Origin: a bacterium
GTDB lineage: Bacteria; Bdellovibrionota_B; Oligoflexia; Oligoflexales; RGVZ01
Reading direction: 5' to 3'
Length of the DNA stretch: 64,000 nt
Assembly: GCA_043757325.1 (NCBI GenBank)
Contig: JAYVPO010000026.1
Coordinates: forward strand, 22,391-86,390
Under the pieces are notes generated by a model. The model was not told the DNA's origin. It made no database searches and saw nothing but the letters and a program-made list of their open reading frames with translations. Shown one piece after another: positions 19,452 through 29,070 of the stretch (the first letter of the stretch is position 1; each line of letters starts with the position of its first letter). A program made the position numbers and the translations under genes.

Positions 19452-20023
19452 TTTGTTTTTTCAGAAGTTGTAGACTTTGTCTTTTCGGCGCTAATCGACT
19501 TTTTGACATCTGAAGATTTTGGCTTTTCTTTTGTATAACGATCAATCACTTCTTTGGTCATATCCAGTGGAGCTTGCACGTAGAGCAAACCTGCGGAGTT
19601 GGTTTCGAACACGATTTCCAACTTCTTTTCGGCGGCCATCTTTTCGACCATTCCAGCAACTTTGATAGCAATTCCCTGAGTAGCTTTTTGCTCTTTTCGT
19701 TTAATTTCGTCGCGAAACGCCATTTCGTCATTGCGATACTGCATAAATTTCTCTTGAAATTCCTTCTGCTTATTACCGCGTGCTTCTTCGGTTAAAAGCG
19801 CGGCCTTGGATTGCCATTCCTTATTCAGTTTATCGAGTTCTTCTTTTTTCTTTTGAAAGTCGGCTTCCTTAGCTTTAATTTCTTTTTCAAGGCCAGACCT
19901 GGCTGCTTTTCCTTCTTCGACATTTAAAATCACCGCTTGCATATCGACGACTCCGTATTTTGAACCTTCGGCTTTTGCAATAAATGATGTACCCGCTAAT
20001 ACGGCCCATAGAAATTTCTTCAT
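19448..20023 (-). CDS. skp: periplasmic chaperone Skp/OmpH
   Basis: Signal peptide and a Lys/Glu-rich coiled-coil body, immediately downstream of bamA. Confidence 0.7.
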   Translation of the reverse strand: MKKFLWAVLAGTSFIAKAEGSKYGVVDMQAVILNVEEGKAARSGLEKEIKAKEADFQKKKEELDKLNKEWQSKAALLTEEARGNKQKEFQEKFMQYRNDEMAFRDEIKRKEQKATQGIAIKVAGMVEKMAAEKKLEIVFETNSAGLLYVQAPLDMTKEVIDRYTKEKPKSSDVKKSISAEKTKSTTSEKTK

Positions 20024-20050
20024 AATTCTCCTTGTATAAATTTATTTAAA

Positions 20051-22351
20051 CTAATAACCCAAACTAAAGATTGGCTTCATTTCGCCTAGTCCGCCGCCCT
20101 CTAAAACTTCGTAGGCAAATTCAAATCGAAACGGTGCGATGGGAGTAATCCAACGAAAGCCAAAGCCAACGTCTTTTTTGAAACCCTTTTTCCAGTTGAT
20201 CATTTCCAAGTTGTCGTAAACTTGGCCCCAATCCGTAAACAGCAAAAATTTAATTCCGGCTTCCTGAATTAACGGAATATAGTATTCGGCTTGCATGACT
20301 AATTTTTTGTCGCCACCTTTGCGAACAGTTGTCGGGCTATCTCCCGGCGCATAAATAACGTTAAATTCCGGCGAAATGGAACGGAAATCAAATCCTCTTA
20401 AATCATCTGGACCGCCCAAACGAAACCGTTGGTAGAAAGGTACGGGCTTGTCTCGTAAAGGATAGATATAGGCTACGTTCAAATTAAATTTAAAATTTGT
20501 GCGAAATGTATCTGTGTAATCGAGAGGAATGTAATAGGCTGCGTCGATGGAACTACGCATATATTCGTAGTCACCTTTTAGGATTCCACCACCTGTAAAA
20601 CGCTGCTTTAAAACAACTTCCGAACCTTCGGTGGGTGAAATATTATTATCAAGCTCCGTGCGATCTAAAGAAAAAATCAAACTGGAAGATATTCCTTCAG
20701 ACTGATAGCGATCAAGCAGATACTGCTCGGACCGCTGCGTTGTTTTGGTCCATTCGTAAATAGTCCGTCCCGAAATTTTTTCGATGATTTTACGCCCTAA
20801 AAATACACTTCCACCGAAAGTTTTATTCTCTACTTTCACCTCTGTAATAGGCTCTTCTAGGGTGCTATTATAAATTAAAGATCCGCCTCCAAGCCAGTCG
20901 CTGTCGTCAATATGCGGATTGGTAAAACTTAAATCCAGAGAATAGGTTTTGTTATCAGACCAACGCAATGTCAAAGAATTTTTGTAGCCACGGCCCGATT
21001 GATTCTGCTCGTCATATTTTCCTTGGCCAAAAAATCCTGAAGAATTATTTTTCTGCTGAGGGGTATAACCAACTGCCGCCTGCAGCTGTCCTGTTGGTTT
21101 TTCTTTGACTTTAGTTTTTAAATTAAGCAACGTCGAGTCATCGTTATCTCGTTCTTTCAAAACTTGAATATCTTCAAAAAAGCCTAAACGGGTCGCATTC
21201 TTTTTGCTGTTAGTTAATTTGGTCCCACTGTAAAGCTCACTATCCGCGACTTCGAATTCACGGCGTAAGACGTTGTCTCTTGTCTTCGTATTGCCAAGAA
21301 TTTGCATTTCGCCAAAATAAACCTTATCGCCTTTATTAACTTCGTAATTAATGGAAAGTAGCTTTTTTTCCCTATCATAAGTGACGATGGGATTGATATC
21401 GGCATAGGCATAACCGAGATCACCGTACTTATCCACAAGCATTTCGATATCCTTGTTGATAAAAGAAATTCGGTAAAGCTTACCCGGTTTAAGTTTCATG
21501 GCTTCAAAAAGTTCTTCTTTCGGGAAAAGAACATCACCTGAAACATCTATGGTTCCAATATCGTACTGAATTCCTTCTTCAACTTTATAAGTGGCCCGAA
21601 CAAACTCTTTATCTTCGTCCAAAAGAAGATGCGGCTTGGCGACTTTTACTTCAGCAAAACCACTATCGCGGTAGAGATAGCCAATAAGTGATAAATCATT
21701 TTTCACAAAATCATCTTGATAAATAGAAGATGAACCAAAGGCAGAAGACCGCGTATACGGGCGACCTTGGAGTTTATTAATGATGTCACCTTCAGTAAAA
21801 AACGTGTTTCCGAGAATTTTCACATCGGCTACCTGAACTTTTCCACCCTCTTCGACAATATATTTTAATCGGATTTCGTTTTCTTCGGTAGGTTCGACCT
21901 TGTAGGTTGCGCGAGCTAAATAATAGCCTTTTTCAGCATACTGTTTTTCGATAATCCGCAGATCGGCTGTAAGCTTTCCTTCATTTAAAATTGTAAAAAT
22001 TTTTGTTTCAAGCTTAGCTTTTAAGTCGTCTTCTTTTAGTTCATTCATGCCTTCGAATTTAATTTCTACGATCGAAGGCTTCTCAGCAACCTGAACAACT
22101 AAAATAATACCTTTATCAGATTTTTTTTTGTAAATTCTAATATCCGAAAAATAACCCAAATCATACAGGCTTTTAATATCGGCACGAATTTTTTGTGCTT
22201 CTAAAATATCGCCTCTTTTTGTTGAAAGAATAGCAATAATCGCATCCGGCTCAACCTTGCCATTGCCACGCACTTGAATATCTTGCACCGCTTCCTGGCC
22301 AAAAGAAATTTGTGCAAATAAAATTAATAAATATATAAAATACCGAATCAA
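20051..22351 (-). CDS. bamA: outer membrane protein assembly factor BamA (Omp85)
   Basis: 766 aa with repeated POTRA-like segments, a C-terminal beta-barrel and a terminal aromatic residue. Confidence 0.85.
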   Translation of the reverse strand: MIRYFIYLLILFAQISFGQEAVQDIQVRGNGKVEPDAIIAILSTKRGDILEAQKIRADIKSLYDLGYFSDIRIYKKKSDKGIILVVQVAEKPSIVEIKFEGMNELKEDDLKAKLETKIFTILNEGKLTADLRIIEKQYAEKGYYLARATYKVEPTEENEIRLKYIVEEGGKVQVADVKILGNTFFTEGDIINKLQGRPYTRSSAFGSSSIYQDDFVKNDLSLIGYLYRDSGFAEVKVAKPHLLLDEDKEFVRATYKVEEGIQYDIGTIDVSGDVLFPKEELFEAMKLKPGKLYRISFINKDIEMLVDKYGDLGYAYADINPIVTYDREKKLLSINYEVNKGDKVYFGEMQILGNTKTRDNVLRREFEVADSELYSGTKLTNSKKNATRLGFFEDIQVLKERDNDDSTLLNLKTKVKEKPTGQLQAAVGYTPQQKNNSSGFFGQGKYDEQNQSGRGYKNSLTLRWSDNKTYSLDLSFTNPHIDDSDWLGGGSLIYNSTLEEPITEVKVENKTFGGSVFLGRKIIEKISGRTIYEWTKTTQRSEQYLLDRYQSEGISSSLIFSLDRTELDNNISPTEGSEVVLKQRFTGGGILKGDYEYMRSSIDAAYYIPLDYTDTFRTNFKFNLNVAYIYPLRDKPVPFYQRFRLGGPDDLRGFDFRSISPEFNVIYAPGDSPTTVRKGGDKKLVMQAEYYIPLIQEAGIKFLLFTDWGQVYDNLEMINWKKGFKKDVGFGFRWITPIAPFRFEFAYEVLEGGGLGEMKPIFSLGY

Positions 22352-23043
22352 AGAAATTCATTTCCTTCCACAATCCGCCCATCATCCATAACCGCCTGAA
22401 ATGGCAACCTTTTTGCCAACTCTGGGTCATGGGTAACCAAGATCAAAGTCACCTGACTTACCATTACTAATTCCAGCAAAAGATCTTGAATGGCGTGGCT
22501 TGTTTTGCGATCTAAATTCCCGGTTGGTTCATCTGCTAACAAAACAGGCGGAGCCATTAACAAAGCCCGCGCAATCGCAACACGTTGCTGCTCACCGCCG
22601 GACAGTTCACTAGGTCTGTGATTTAAGCGATGTTTTAAGGCCACTTCGCCGAGGAGTTTTGTCGCACGTTCGCGCACGGCTTTTTTGCCCGCACGTGCAA
22701 TAAGTCCTGGCATCATAACATTTTCGAGAGCGGTAAATTCCGGCAGCAAATTATTCATTTGAAAAACAAAACCAATCTTACTATTTCTAAACTCGGAAAC
22801 TTCAGAGTCTGACATTTTTACAACATCTACGCCATGTAAAAGGACTTGTCCAGAATCTGGGCGGTCCAATGTTCCGATAATATGCAGCAAAGAACTCTTT
22901 CCCGCCCCAGATTTTCCGGTCACAGCCACAGCTTTTCCTGCAGCCACCTTAAATTGAATATTTTGCAATGCGGTCACTTGCTGGGCGCTCATTTGATAAA
23001 TTTTCGAAACATTATTTAAATCAATAATCGCTGTGCTACTCAT
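22348..23043 (-). CDS. lolD: lipoprotein-releasing ABC transporter ATP-binding protein
   Basis: Walker [10 protein letters not shown], signature LSGGEQQR and Walker [12 protein letters not shown]. Paired with an FtsX-type permease. Confidence 0.8.
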   Translation of the reverse strand: MSSTAIIDLNNVSKIYQMSAQQVTALQNIQFKVAAGKAVAVTGKSGAGKSSLLHIIGTLDRPDSGQVLLHGVDVVKMSDSEVSEFRNSKIGFVFQMNNLLPEFTALENVMMPGLIARAGKKAVRERATKLLGEVALKHRLNHRPSELSGGEQQRVAIARALLMAPPVLLADEPTGNLDRKTSHAIQDLLLELVMVSQVTLILVTHDPELAKRLPFQAVMDDGRIVEGNEFL

Positions 23044-24331
23044 ATTGAAGTCCCGCAGTTGGGGGATGACGAGAAGCCATAAAAGCTGGGTAGAGGGATG
23101 CGATTAATGCTAAAATCCAAGAGGCCGCGCAAATAATTGCATACTCCAGCGGCAAAAACTTCACCGGTAACGAGCGCAAATAGTAGACACCAGCCGGAAG
23201 GGAAATAAATTTGAATTGTTGAATTAAAAGACAGATACACACTCCTACAGCTAAACCTAATAGAACTCCAAACGATCCTACAACAAGGCCATGGGCAAGA
23301 AAAAGCTTTAAAACTCCTTGTCGAGACATTCCAATTGCGCGCAGGATGCTAACCTGCCGCCTTTTGTAGAAAACCATCATAATCATGGTGCCGCTAATGG
23401 AAAACGCAGCCACCACTACGATCAACATCAAAATCGATCCCATGGTGAATTTTTCTAACTGCAGAGCAAATAAAAGTGATTTATTTGTTTCTGTCCACGG
23501 CAAAACTTTCATGCCTGTTTGCTCTTCAATGCGAGCGATATTTTTGTTGAGTTTTAAAGGCGAATAAACATTTACACCCACTCCCGTGACAAATTCTTCT
23601 TCAATGAGTGACGAATCAAAATCCATCAAAAAGTAACGGCCTTGCTCGAGTGACGTAACAGCCCATTTACCATCATAGTTAAATAATCCGGTCATAAATT
23701 TCCCGGTCAGGACAAAACGCCTCGCAATTGGCTCCCCGCCGAGAATGGAACCCGCCGATACTTGAGGACTTAAGACAGTGATAATGTCACCAACGTTTGC
23801 ACCAATTTGCTGGGCAAGCTGGTCGCCCAAAGCTATCCCAGGCAAATTTTCTAATGACGCAGCGGGATCTATTTTTGTACCCAGTGGTTTATGCAGCTTG
23901 TTGAGATCTCGAAGATCACCCTCAGTAAAGTTGCCGTCGAAAGCCCAGAGGTTTTTGCCGGCATCGTCTGGATTCACACCAAATAAATTCGCGGCGGCTA
24001 CAAATGTTTTTCTTTTTAAAACAACTTCGCTGGAGGTAAACGGAGCACAGTTGGACGCGTCGGGAATTTTTTGGCACAGACTTTGGACGTTGTTTTTGGT
24101 AAGTGAAAATCCAGCGGCTGGATTGTCTCGACTTAAAAGTTCAAAATGCGGTTCGCCCGAAAGCATTTTTTGCATTAAATCGCCTTCAAAACCACCCATT
24201 ACAGATAAAACAACAATAAGCGCTGTGACCCCAAGGCCAACACCTAAAACAGAAATCACCGTCATAAAAGACAGACCGGTTTTTATTCTATGCGCCGTAA
24301 TTTGTCTAAACGCTATCCACCACAAATGCAC
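23036..24331 (-). CDS. lolC: lipoprotein-releasing system permease (LolC/LolE, FtsX family)
   Basis: 431 aa with one N-terminal TM, a large periplasmic domain and three C-terminal TMs (FtsX topology). Confidence 0.75.
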   Translation of the reverse strand: MHLWWIAFRQITAHRIKTGLSFMTVISVLGVGLGVTALIVVLSVMGGFEGDLMQKMLSGEPHFELLSRDNPAAGFSLTKNNVQSLCQKIPDASNCAPFTSSEVVLKRKTFVAAANLFGVNPDDAGKNLWAFDGNFTEGDLRDLNKLHKPLGTKIDPAASLENLPGIALGDQLAQQIGANVGDIITVLSPQVSAGSILGGEPIARRFVLTGKFMTGLFNYDGKWAVTSLEQGRYFLMDFDSSLIEEEFVTGVGVNVYSPLKLNKNIARIEEQTGMKVLPWTETNKSLLFALQLEKFTMGSILMLIVVVAAFSISGTMIMMVFYKRRQVSILRAIGMSRQGVLKLFLAHGLVVGSFGVLLGLAVGVCICLLIQQFKFISLPAGVYYLRSLPVKFLPLEYAIICAASWILALIASLYPAFMASRHPPTAGLQYE

Positions 24332-24405
24332 GCCAAATCGTCCTTAAAAATGCCTTAAAACTTCAAGGTAGACGCAATTGTAGCCATATTGAGTGAAATA
24401 GGAAA

Positions 24406-24948
24406 TTAAAAGACAGAAAACTTTAAAATAATCGAATCAAGCTGCTGCAAATTTTCTTTGGTGGATTTAAGAAAACGCCCCGCCAGCCAACCTTTGCGAT
24501 CAGAAAAATACACGGCGGGAAGCTCTGGATTTTTAAAATTTTTAAGAATTTCGTGATCGGCCATGATCGCGTTTTTAATTTTATACTCGCGAGCAAATTT
24601 CACCGCGTCTTCTTTTGTGTCATGGGTAAAAATATAGAGAAAATCACTAACCGCATCTTTATGTTTAATTTCTACATTTCTCAGATCATTCACTAGGGTT
24701 TTACAAGGCACACACCACGAAGCGATAAAATACGCAACAAACATGCGACCTTGGTTTTCGCCAAAACGCAGAACTTCTGTTGAAAAAATATTCTGACCTG
24801 TGATGGCCGGAAATTTTTTCCATTCATGCACATACCCGTCCGTATGCACCATCCGTGATTGGGGTGTGGGTTCCGGCTTATCGTGTTCGGAATTGGCAAA
24901 GCCGACACCTGTGCGTAAAATAAGCAAAAGTAGAATTAAAATGTTCAT
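24406..24948 (-). CDS. thiol:disulfide oxidoreductase, thioredoxin/TlpA-like
   Basis: Signal peptide and active site ASWCVPCKTL. Confidence 0.7.
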   Translation of the reverse strand: MNILILLLLILRTGVGFANSEHDKPEPTPQSRMVHTDGYVHEWKKFPAITGQNIFSTEVLRFGENQGRMFVAYFIASWCVPCKTLVNDLRNVEIKHKDAVSDFLYIFTHDTKEDAVKFAREYKIKNAIMADHEILKNFKNPELPAVYFSDRKGWLAGRFLKSTKENLQQLDSIILKFSVF

Positions 24949-24995
24949 TAAACTTATGGTACCATAAATTTCTTTTGATTAATAAGTGAGTCCTT

Positions 24996-26231
24996 GTGAC
25001 AAAAGTAGTTTCTGACGAACAAGAAAAAAAACTCCTGGTGGACCACTGGTCTTTTTCTTGGCCAATTATGAATGTTTTGATCGGCGGATTGTCGTCGATA
25101 GATCTTCCCGATTTGCTTATTCAAAACGAGGCAGAAGCCAAAGAATTCTTGTTTAGCTACGGCTATGATCCCGATAATGCTGACGATGCGCGATTTATTC
25201 ATGCGACGATTATCGAGGCCCTGCATTTTATTGAGCATCACTTGATGACCGCGGAATGGAAACGAGGCCTTCAGCCACCAAAAGAAATTCTTTTATGTAC
25301 GGACGCTAGAAAGCTCATTGTTTGGGCTTCTAATCGCTCGCCTGAAGCCAATGAATGCCGAATTTGGTCGTGCGCAATTTTGCGAGTATTGCATACGATT
25401 GCTCACATTGAAGGGGTTTTTTCTTATGCATCTATCGACAAGGCGCGAGAAGATATTTGGTCGCGCTATCAAAAAATTATATCTCGAGACGACCAGGGCC
25501 AACTGTGGCTTGGAGACGACACGTTTAAAGTTCTGCTCGAAAAAATTGACTGGAAAGCTCAAAAATCTCGCGAATCGATTTTGCTTAAACTTTTACATAA
25601 GCGCGCCAATGTCGCCGAAAATATTTACGATATGGTGGGGATTCGAATTGTAACCAAAAGGTTTTGTGATGTTTTGTCCACGGTGAAGTTTTTATACAAA
25701 TTTAACGCCATGAGTTTTCCCAATGTTATTCCTTCGCGGTCGCGTAATTCTCTCATTGATTTAAATATCTTCCGTGCCCGGATCGATACTCTACGAGGTG
25801 AACTGCAAACAGGACTTGTGACCACTCGTGAATTTAATAGAGCCTTGGAATATCTTGAAGTTCCACCTCCCGATGAAGCCGGGGTACTGAATTTGCATTC
25901 GGACCAAGATTACCGGGCTATACAGTTGACCTGTAGACAACTCGTCCGGTCACAAAGTGCAGTGTCCAAACTTTGCGAAAGATTTGAGTCAGGATTAAAA
26001 GAGGACAAGATTCCAGGTAGTGAATCGAATTTAGCATTAGCTGAAAACTTAAAATACCTACGCGACCAAATCGGCAACGAAGATTTTGCATTCTTTCCGT
26101 ATGAATTGCAGATAACTAATCAGAAGAACTACATCAAAAATTCATCGGGGCGGGCATCTCATAGCCGCTATAAAAGATCCCAGCTCAAGGCCGCGAGGCG
26201 ACGAATTCTCAACGAAATTCTTCCGCAGTAG
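24996..26231 (+). CDS. conserved hypothetical protein (possible divergent nucleotidyltransferase-fold domain)
   Basis: 411-aa ORF with a GTG start, divergent from the TlpA-like gene across only 47 bp. Residues ~200-245 (KRANVAENIYDMVGIRIVTKRFCDVLSTVKFLYKF) loosely resemble the RelA/SpoT synthetase core (RxKxxxSIxxKM...VRIVxERLxDCYxxLGIV). Low certainty. Confidence 0.45.
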   Translation: MTKVVSDEQEKKLLVDHWSFSWPIMNVLIGGLSSIDLPDLLIQNEAEAKEFLFSYGYDPDNADDARFIHATIIEALHFIEHHLMTAEWKRGLQPPKEILLCTDARKLIVWASNRSPEANECRIWSCAILRVLHTIAHIEGVFSYASIDKAREDIWSRYQKIISRDDQGQLWLGDDTFKVLLEKIDWKAQKSRESILLKLLHKRANVAENIYDMVGIRIVTKRFCDVLSTVKFLYKFNAMSFPNVIPSRSRNSLIDLNIFRARIDTLRGELQTGLVTTREFNRALEYLEVPPPDEAGVLNLHSDQDYRAIQLTCRQLVRSQSAVSKLCERFESGLKEDKIPGSESNLALAENLKYLRDQIGNEDFAFFPYELQITNQKNYIKNSSGRASHSRYKRSQLKAARRRILNEILPQ

Positions 26232-26285
26232 GGCCCGGGGGAAAAAACTACTGCTTTAAAGTGTTCAGGTCGCGCTCGTAAAGCT

Positions 26286-27080
26286 TCAGTAATCTTCAGC
26301 TGGATAAACTTTAAAATGTCGATCGAAAAGCCCTTCGCCAAAGTAGTCTATAAATTTCTTAAATTCCATTTGCGAACTAAACTCAAGCCGATGGATTCTA
26401 ACAGTAGAATCTACCTTGCGTGAAAAAATGGTAAATTTGAGCTTCAGTTCGTTTTCATAAATTCCCAAGCTTTTAAAATATTGATCCCCGTGAGAATTAA
26501 TCCACGTCTCATCGTAACTTAAATGTGCGGTCAAAATATTTTTGCTGAAAAAATTAATCAAATCTGTGAATTTCATGGTTCCAGATTTTATTCCCACTGC
26601 AACAGAAGGTGGCTGGATTCGAATACTTAAAAGCTTATCCGCAAAAAAAGGCTCCTCAATTTTTCTGTCTTGGTCAAAATGAGTCACCATATATCCGAAG
26701 CCATCCCGACTCAAGGTATTTGCCACATTCTCGTACACAATATATTGTTTGGGACTATTCTTTAGAACTCCATTAACTATAGTCGGAACAACGCTTGTTA
26801 TTTCGCGCTCCACAACTGATTGAATGAGCGCCGAGGCTTTAATTTGCCCTGAGCTTAGAACACCAGCAACTACAGTGGACGTCTTCAATTGATCAAAATT
26901 TTTAAATTCGACCTGAACCTCTGCACCAATAAGTTTATCTAGCAAATCTATTTTGCGGTCCGTGCTTAAACTATTAATTTCAACAAGGCGTGAGCCAAAC
27001 CTTGATTGGCAGCTTTCCAGACCTGCATAAGTTGTGGTGGTTAAAAAAAAGTTAATAAAAACAACGTGTAATACAGACAT
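26286..27080 (-). CDS. hypothetical secreted protein
   Basis: Signal peptide MSVLHVVFINFFLTTTTYAGL. No family recognised. Confidence 0.4.
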   Translation of the reverse strand: MSVLHVVFINFFLTTTTYAGLESCQSRFGSRLVEINSLSTDRKIDLLDKLIGAEVQVEFKNFDQLKTSTVVAGVLSSGQIKASALIQSVVEREITSVVPTIVNGVLKNSPKQYIVYENVANTLSRDGFGYMVTHFDQDRKIEEPFFADKLLSIRIQPPSVAVGIKSGTMKFTDLINFFSKNILTAHLSYDETWINSHGDQYFKSLGIYENELKLKFTIFSRKVDSTVRIHRLEFSSQMEFKKFIDYFGEGLFDRHFKVYPAEDY

Positions 27081-27522
27081 TTTGAAAGCCTTTTAAAATT
27101 TAGATTTTAGTCATAGCAGTGCTTCCACCCAAAAGAAACTAAAATCATATGAAAAAAGGCATATCTAATCATTTACCTCGTATCTCGGGTTACTAACACC
27201 ACAACGTTAAATTGAGGAGAACAAGGCGCGAAGTGACGAAAAAAGCGGAGTTTACTTACTAGTAAATGAGCATTTTTAAGTTACTAGCAACGCAGTTATC
27301 GTCAATTTAAGGTTGTGGTGTTAATTCGAGATAACTTGAATAGCAATACCGTCTATTTTTTTTGTTCTCAGTAACCTGCGCAACAATCTTCAAATCTACA
27401 AGAAAATTTAATGCCCGCTGAGCTGTTGGAATAGAAAGCTTCGGTAAAAAGCCCAATCATTTTCAGTTTGAGCCACGTAACGTCCTGCCCTTGTTGTTTT
27501 ATAAGGTAAATTTTTCAAGTTA

Positions 27523-27571
27523 TTGACCCGATGTTTTGCGTTAATATTAAGTCTCCATATTAACGCAAAAC
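27523..27571 (+). promoter_or_regulatory. sigma70-like promoter (TTGACC-N16-TATTAA) overlapped by a perfect 15-bp inverted repeat (operator-like)
   Basis: -35 TTGACC at 27523-27528 and -10 TATTAA at 27545-27550. The palindrome GTTTTGCGTTAATAT / ATATTAACGCAAAAC (27533-27547 and 27557-27571) has a 9-nt loop. Confidence 0.3.
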
Positions 27572-27971
27572 GCCAAAATCGTTAATATGAAAGTTTTAAA
27601 TTAACGCTCGGAACGACAAAGCCGCATTCGAAGTTTAATTCGAATGCGGCTTAAAAGTGGCCAGACAAAAGTGTAACTTTTGCGGGTTTTGGAAAAGATC
27701 TATGGGAAGGAAATCAAGACAGGAAGCGGTGCTTGAGTAAAGATTTTAAAACCTCTAGTATCTTTATTCAACGTTACGCTTTGTATTTAGGCTGGAGCTC
27801 CTTTCGTATAAAAGACGGTTTGTTATTGAGGCGAAAACTCTAAATTTCTTTAGTTTCTTCAATAAATCACCATCCATAGAGTGCTTCGGAGATCTTCTGC
27901 AAAGACTTTAGGAAATAGGAAAATAAAATTTTTAAGCCAATAGTTACAGCCTATTATGAGTTTCGAAGCTT

Positions 27972-28418
27972 ATGATTTACGAGCAAACAACATCTTTTTC
28001 CAACCTTAAGAATACTGCCGAAAAAATTATTGGCCTGTTGCGGTTAAAAACTTTCCACAAAAAGCTGGTGGTTTCGCTCGAAGGTGAATTGGGCTCTGGA
28101 AAAACAACGATTATCCGTGAAATCCTCTATGGAATTGGTCTGAACAAAACCATTCCTGTTCTATCTCCGACGTTTAGCTACTATCAACTTTATCAATTTG
28201 AGAATAAACAGATTCTTCACGGAGATTTTTACCGTGCCCGGCCTGAACATGCCGAAGAATTTATAGAACTTATTGAATCCAGCGATTTAAGTTTCATCGA
28301 ATGGATGAGTGCCTGTGAGATGAATTTAACACCCGACTACACTATTAAATTAATCTACGAAGATTTAAACCATCGCCAAATTCAATGCTTTAAAAAGTCT
28401 ATTCAAGACGCAAGCTAA
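27972..28418 (+). CDS. tsaE: tRNA threonylcarbamoyladenosine biosynthesis ATPase TsaE
   Basis: P-loop LEGELGSGKTT and a size of 148 aa typical of TsaE/YjeE. Confidence 0.75.
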   Translation: MIYEQTTSFSNLKNTAEKIIGLLRLKTFHKKLVVSLEGELGSGKTTIIREILYGIGLNKTIPVLSPTFSYYQLYQFENKQILHGDFYRARPEHAEEFIELIESSDLSFIEWMSACEMNLTPDYTIKLIYEDLNHRQIQCFKKSIQDAS

Positions 28419-29070
28419 CTTCAATATAGGCCAGGACCGTGTGGTGTGAAAGCTCGCCTTCGGGCAGATTTGCCTGAGAAAGAGTGGCCGAAAACTCGGC
28501 GTTGCCGCGCAAACTAGAAATATCAATGGGCTCCGTTTTAATTTCTCGAATTTTTGCTAAATCTGCTTTTAAGCCTGTTAGCGTAACCTCAGAGGGTTTG
28601 ACTGTAATTTTATTGATATAAAAACCTTGCTGAAGTTGACCTACGGTTTCTACTTTTACGGCCAGAGTTTTAATCATTTTTTCATCAACAAAAACCGCTA
28701 TGCTGGGGTCATGCACAGTCATGCGAATCCGGTTATCCCAATTGGGAAATAAATCTTTATCCACACGAAAACGCATATTACCACGTCTATTACTTGCAAT
28801 TTTAATATTTGCTTGGAGGTTTTTTTTGCCGAGATCTCCAAGCAAGACTCGCGGGCCGCGCAAAGTGATGTCTTTTAAATAATTTCTTGGTTCACGCACC
28901 ATTAAACCTTCGGGGGCGATCACTTCGACTTCCACACGAGCAGGAATTTCTAGGATTTCCTCGCCCTGCACCACATACCAGATTAACACCCCAAGAAATG
29001 CCGCAATGATTTTATAAGCCAAATTTTTGGTTAAAAAATCAATCCACAATTTAATAAATTTGCTAATCAA
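28399..29070 (-). CDS. cdaR: YbbR-domain protein, CdaA regulator CdaR
   Basis: N-terminal TM plus repeated YbbR-like segments. Overlaps the cdaA stop and lies downstream in the same operon. Confidence 0.65.
   Translation of the reverse strand: MISKFIKLWIDFLTKNLAYKIIAAFLGVLIWYVVQGEEILEIPARVEVEVIAPEGLMVREPRNYLKDITLRGPRVLLGDLGKKNLQANIKIASNRRGNMRFRVDKDLFPNWDNRIRMTVHDPSIAVFVDEKMIKTLAVKVETVGQLQQGFYINKITVKPSEVTLTGLKADLAKIREIKTEPIDISSLRGNAEFSATLSQANLPEGELSHHTVLAYIEVSLRLE

Noticed and set aside
26229-26290. GGGCCCGGGGG palindrome between convergent genes considered as a terminator
   Set aside because: The stem is too short and irregular to call. It is mentioned only as a possibility.
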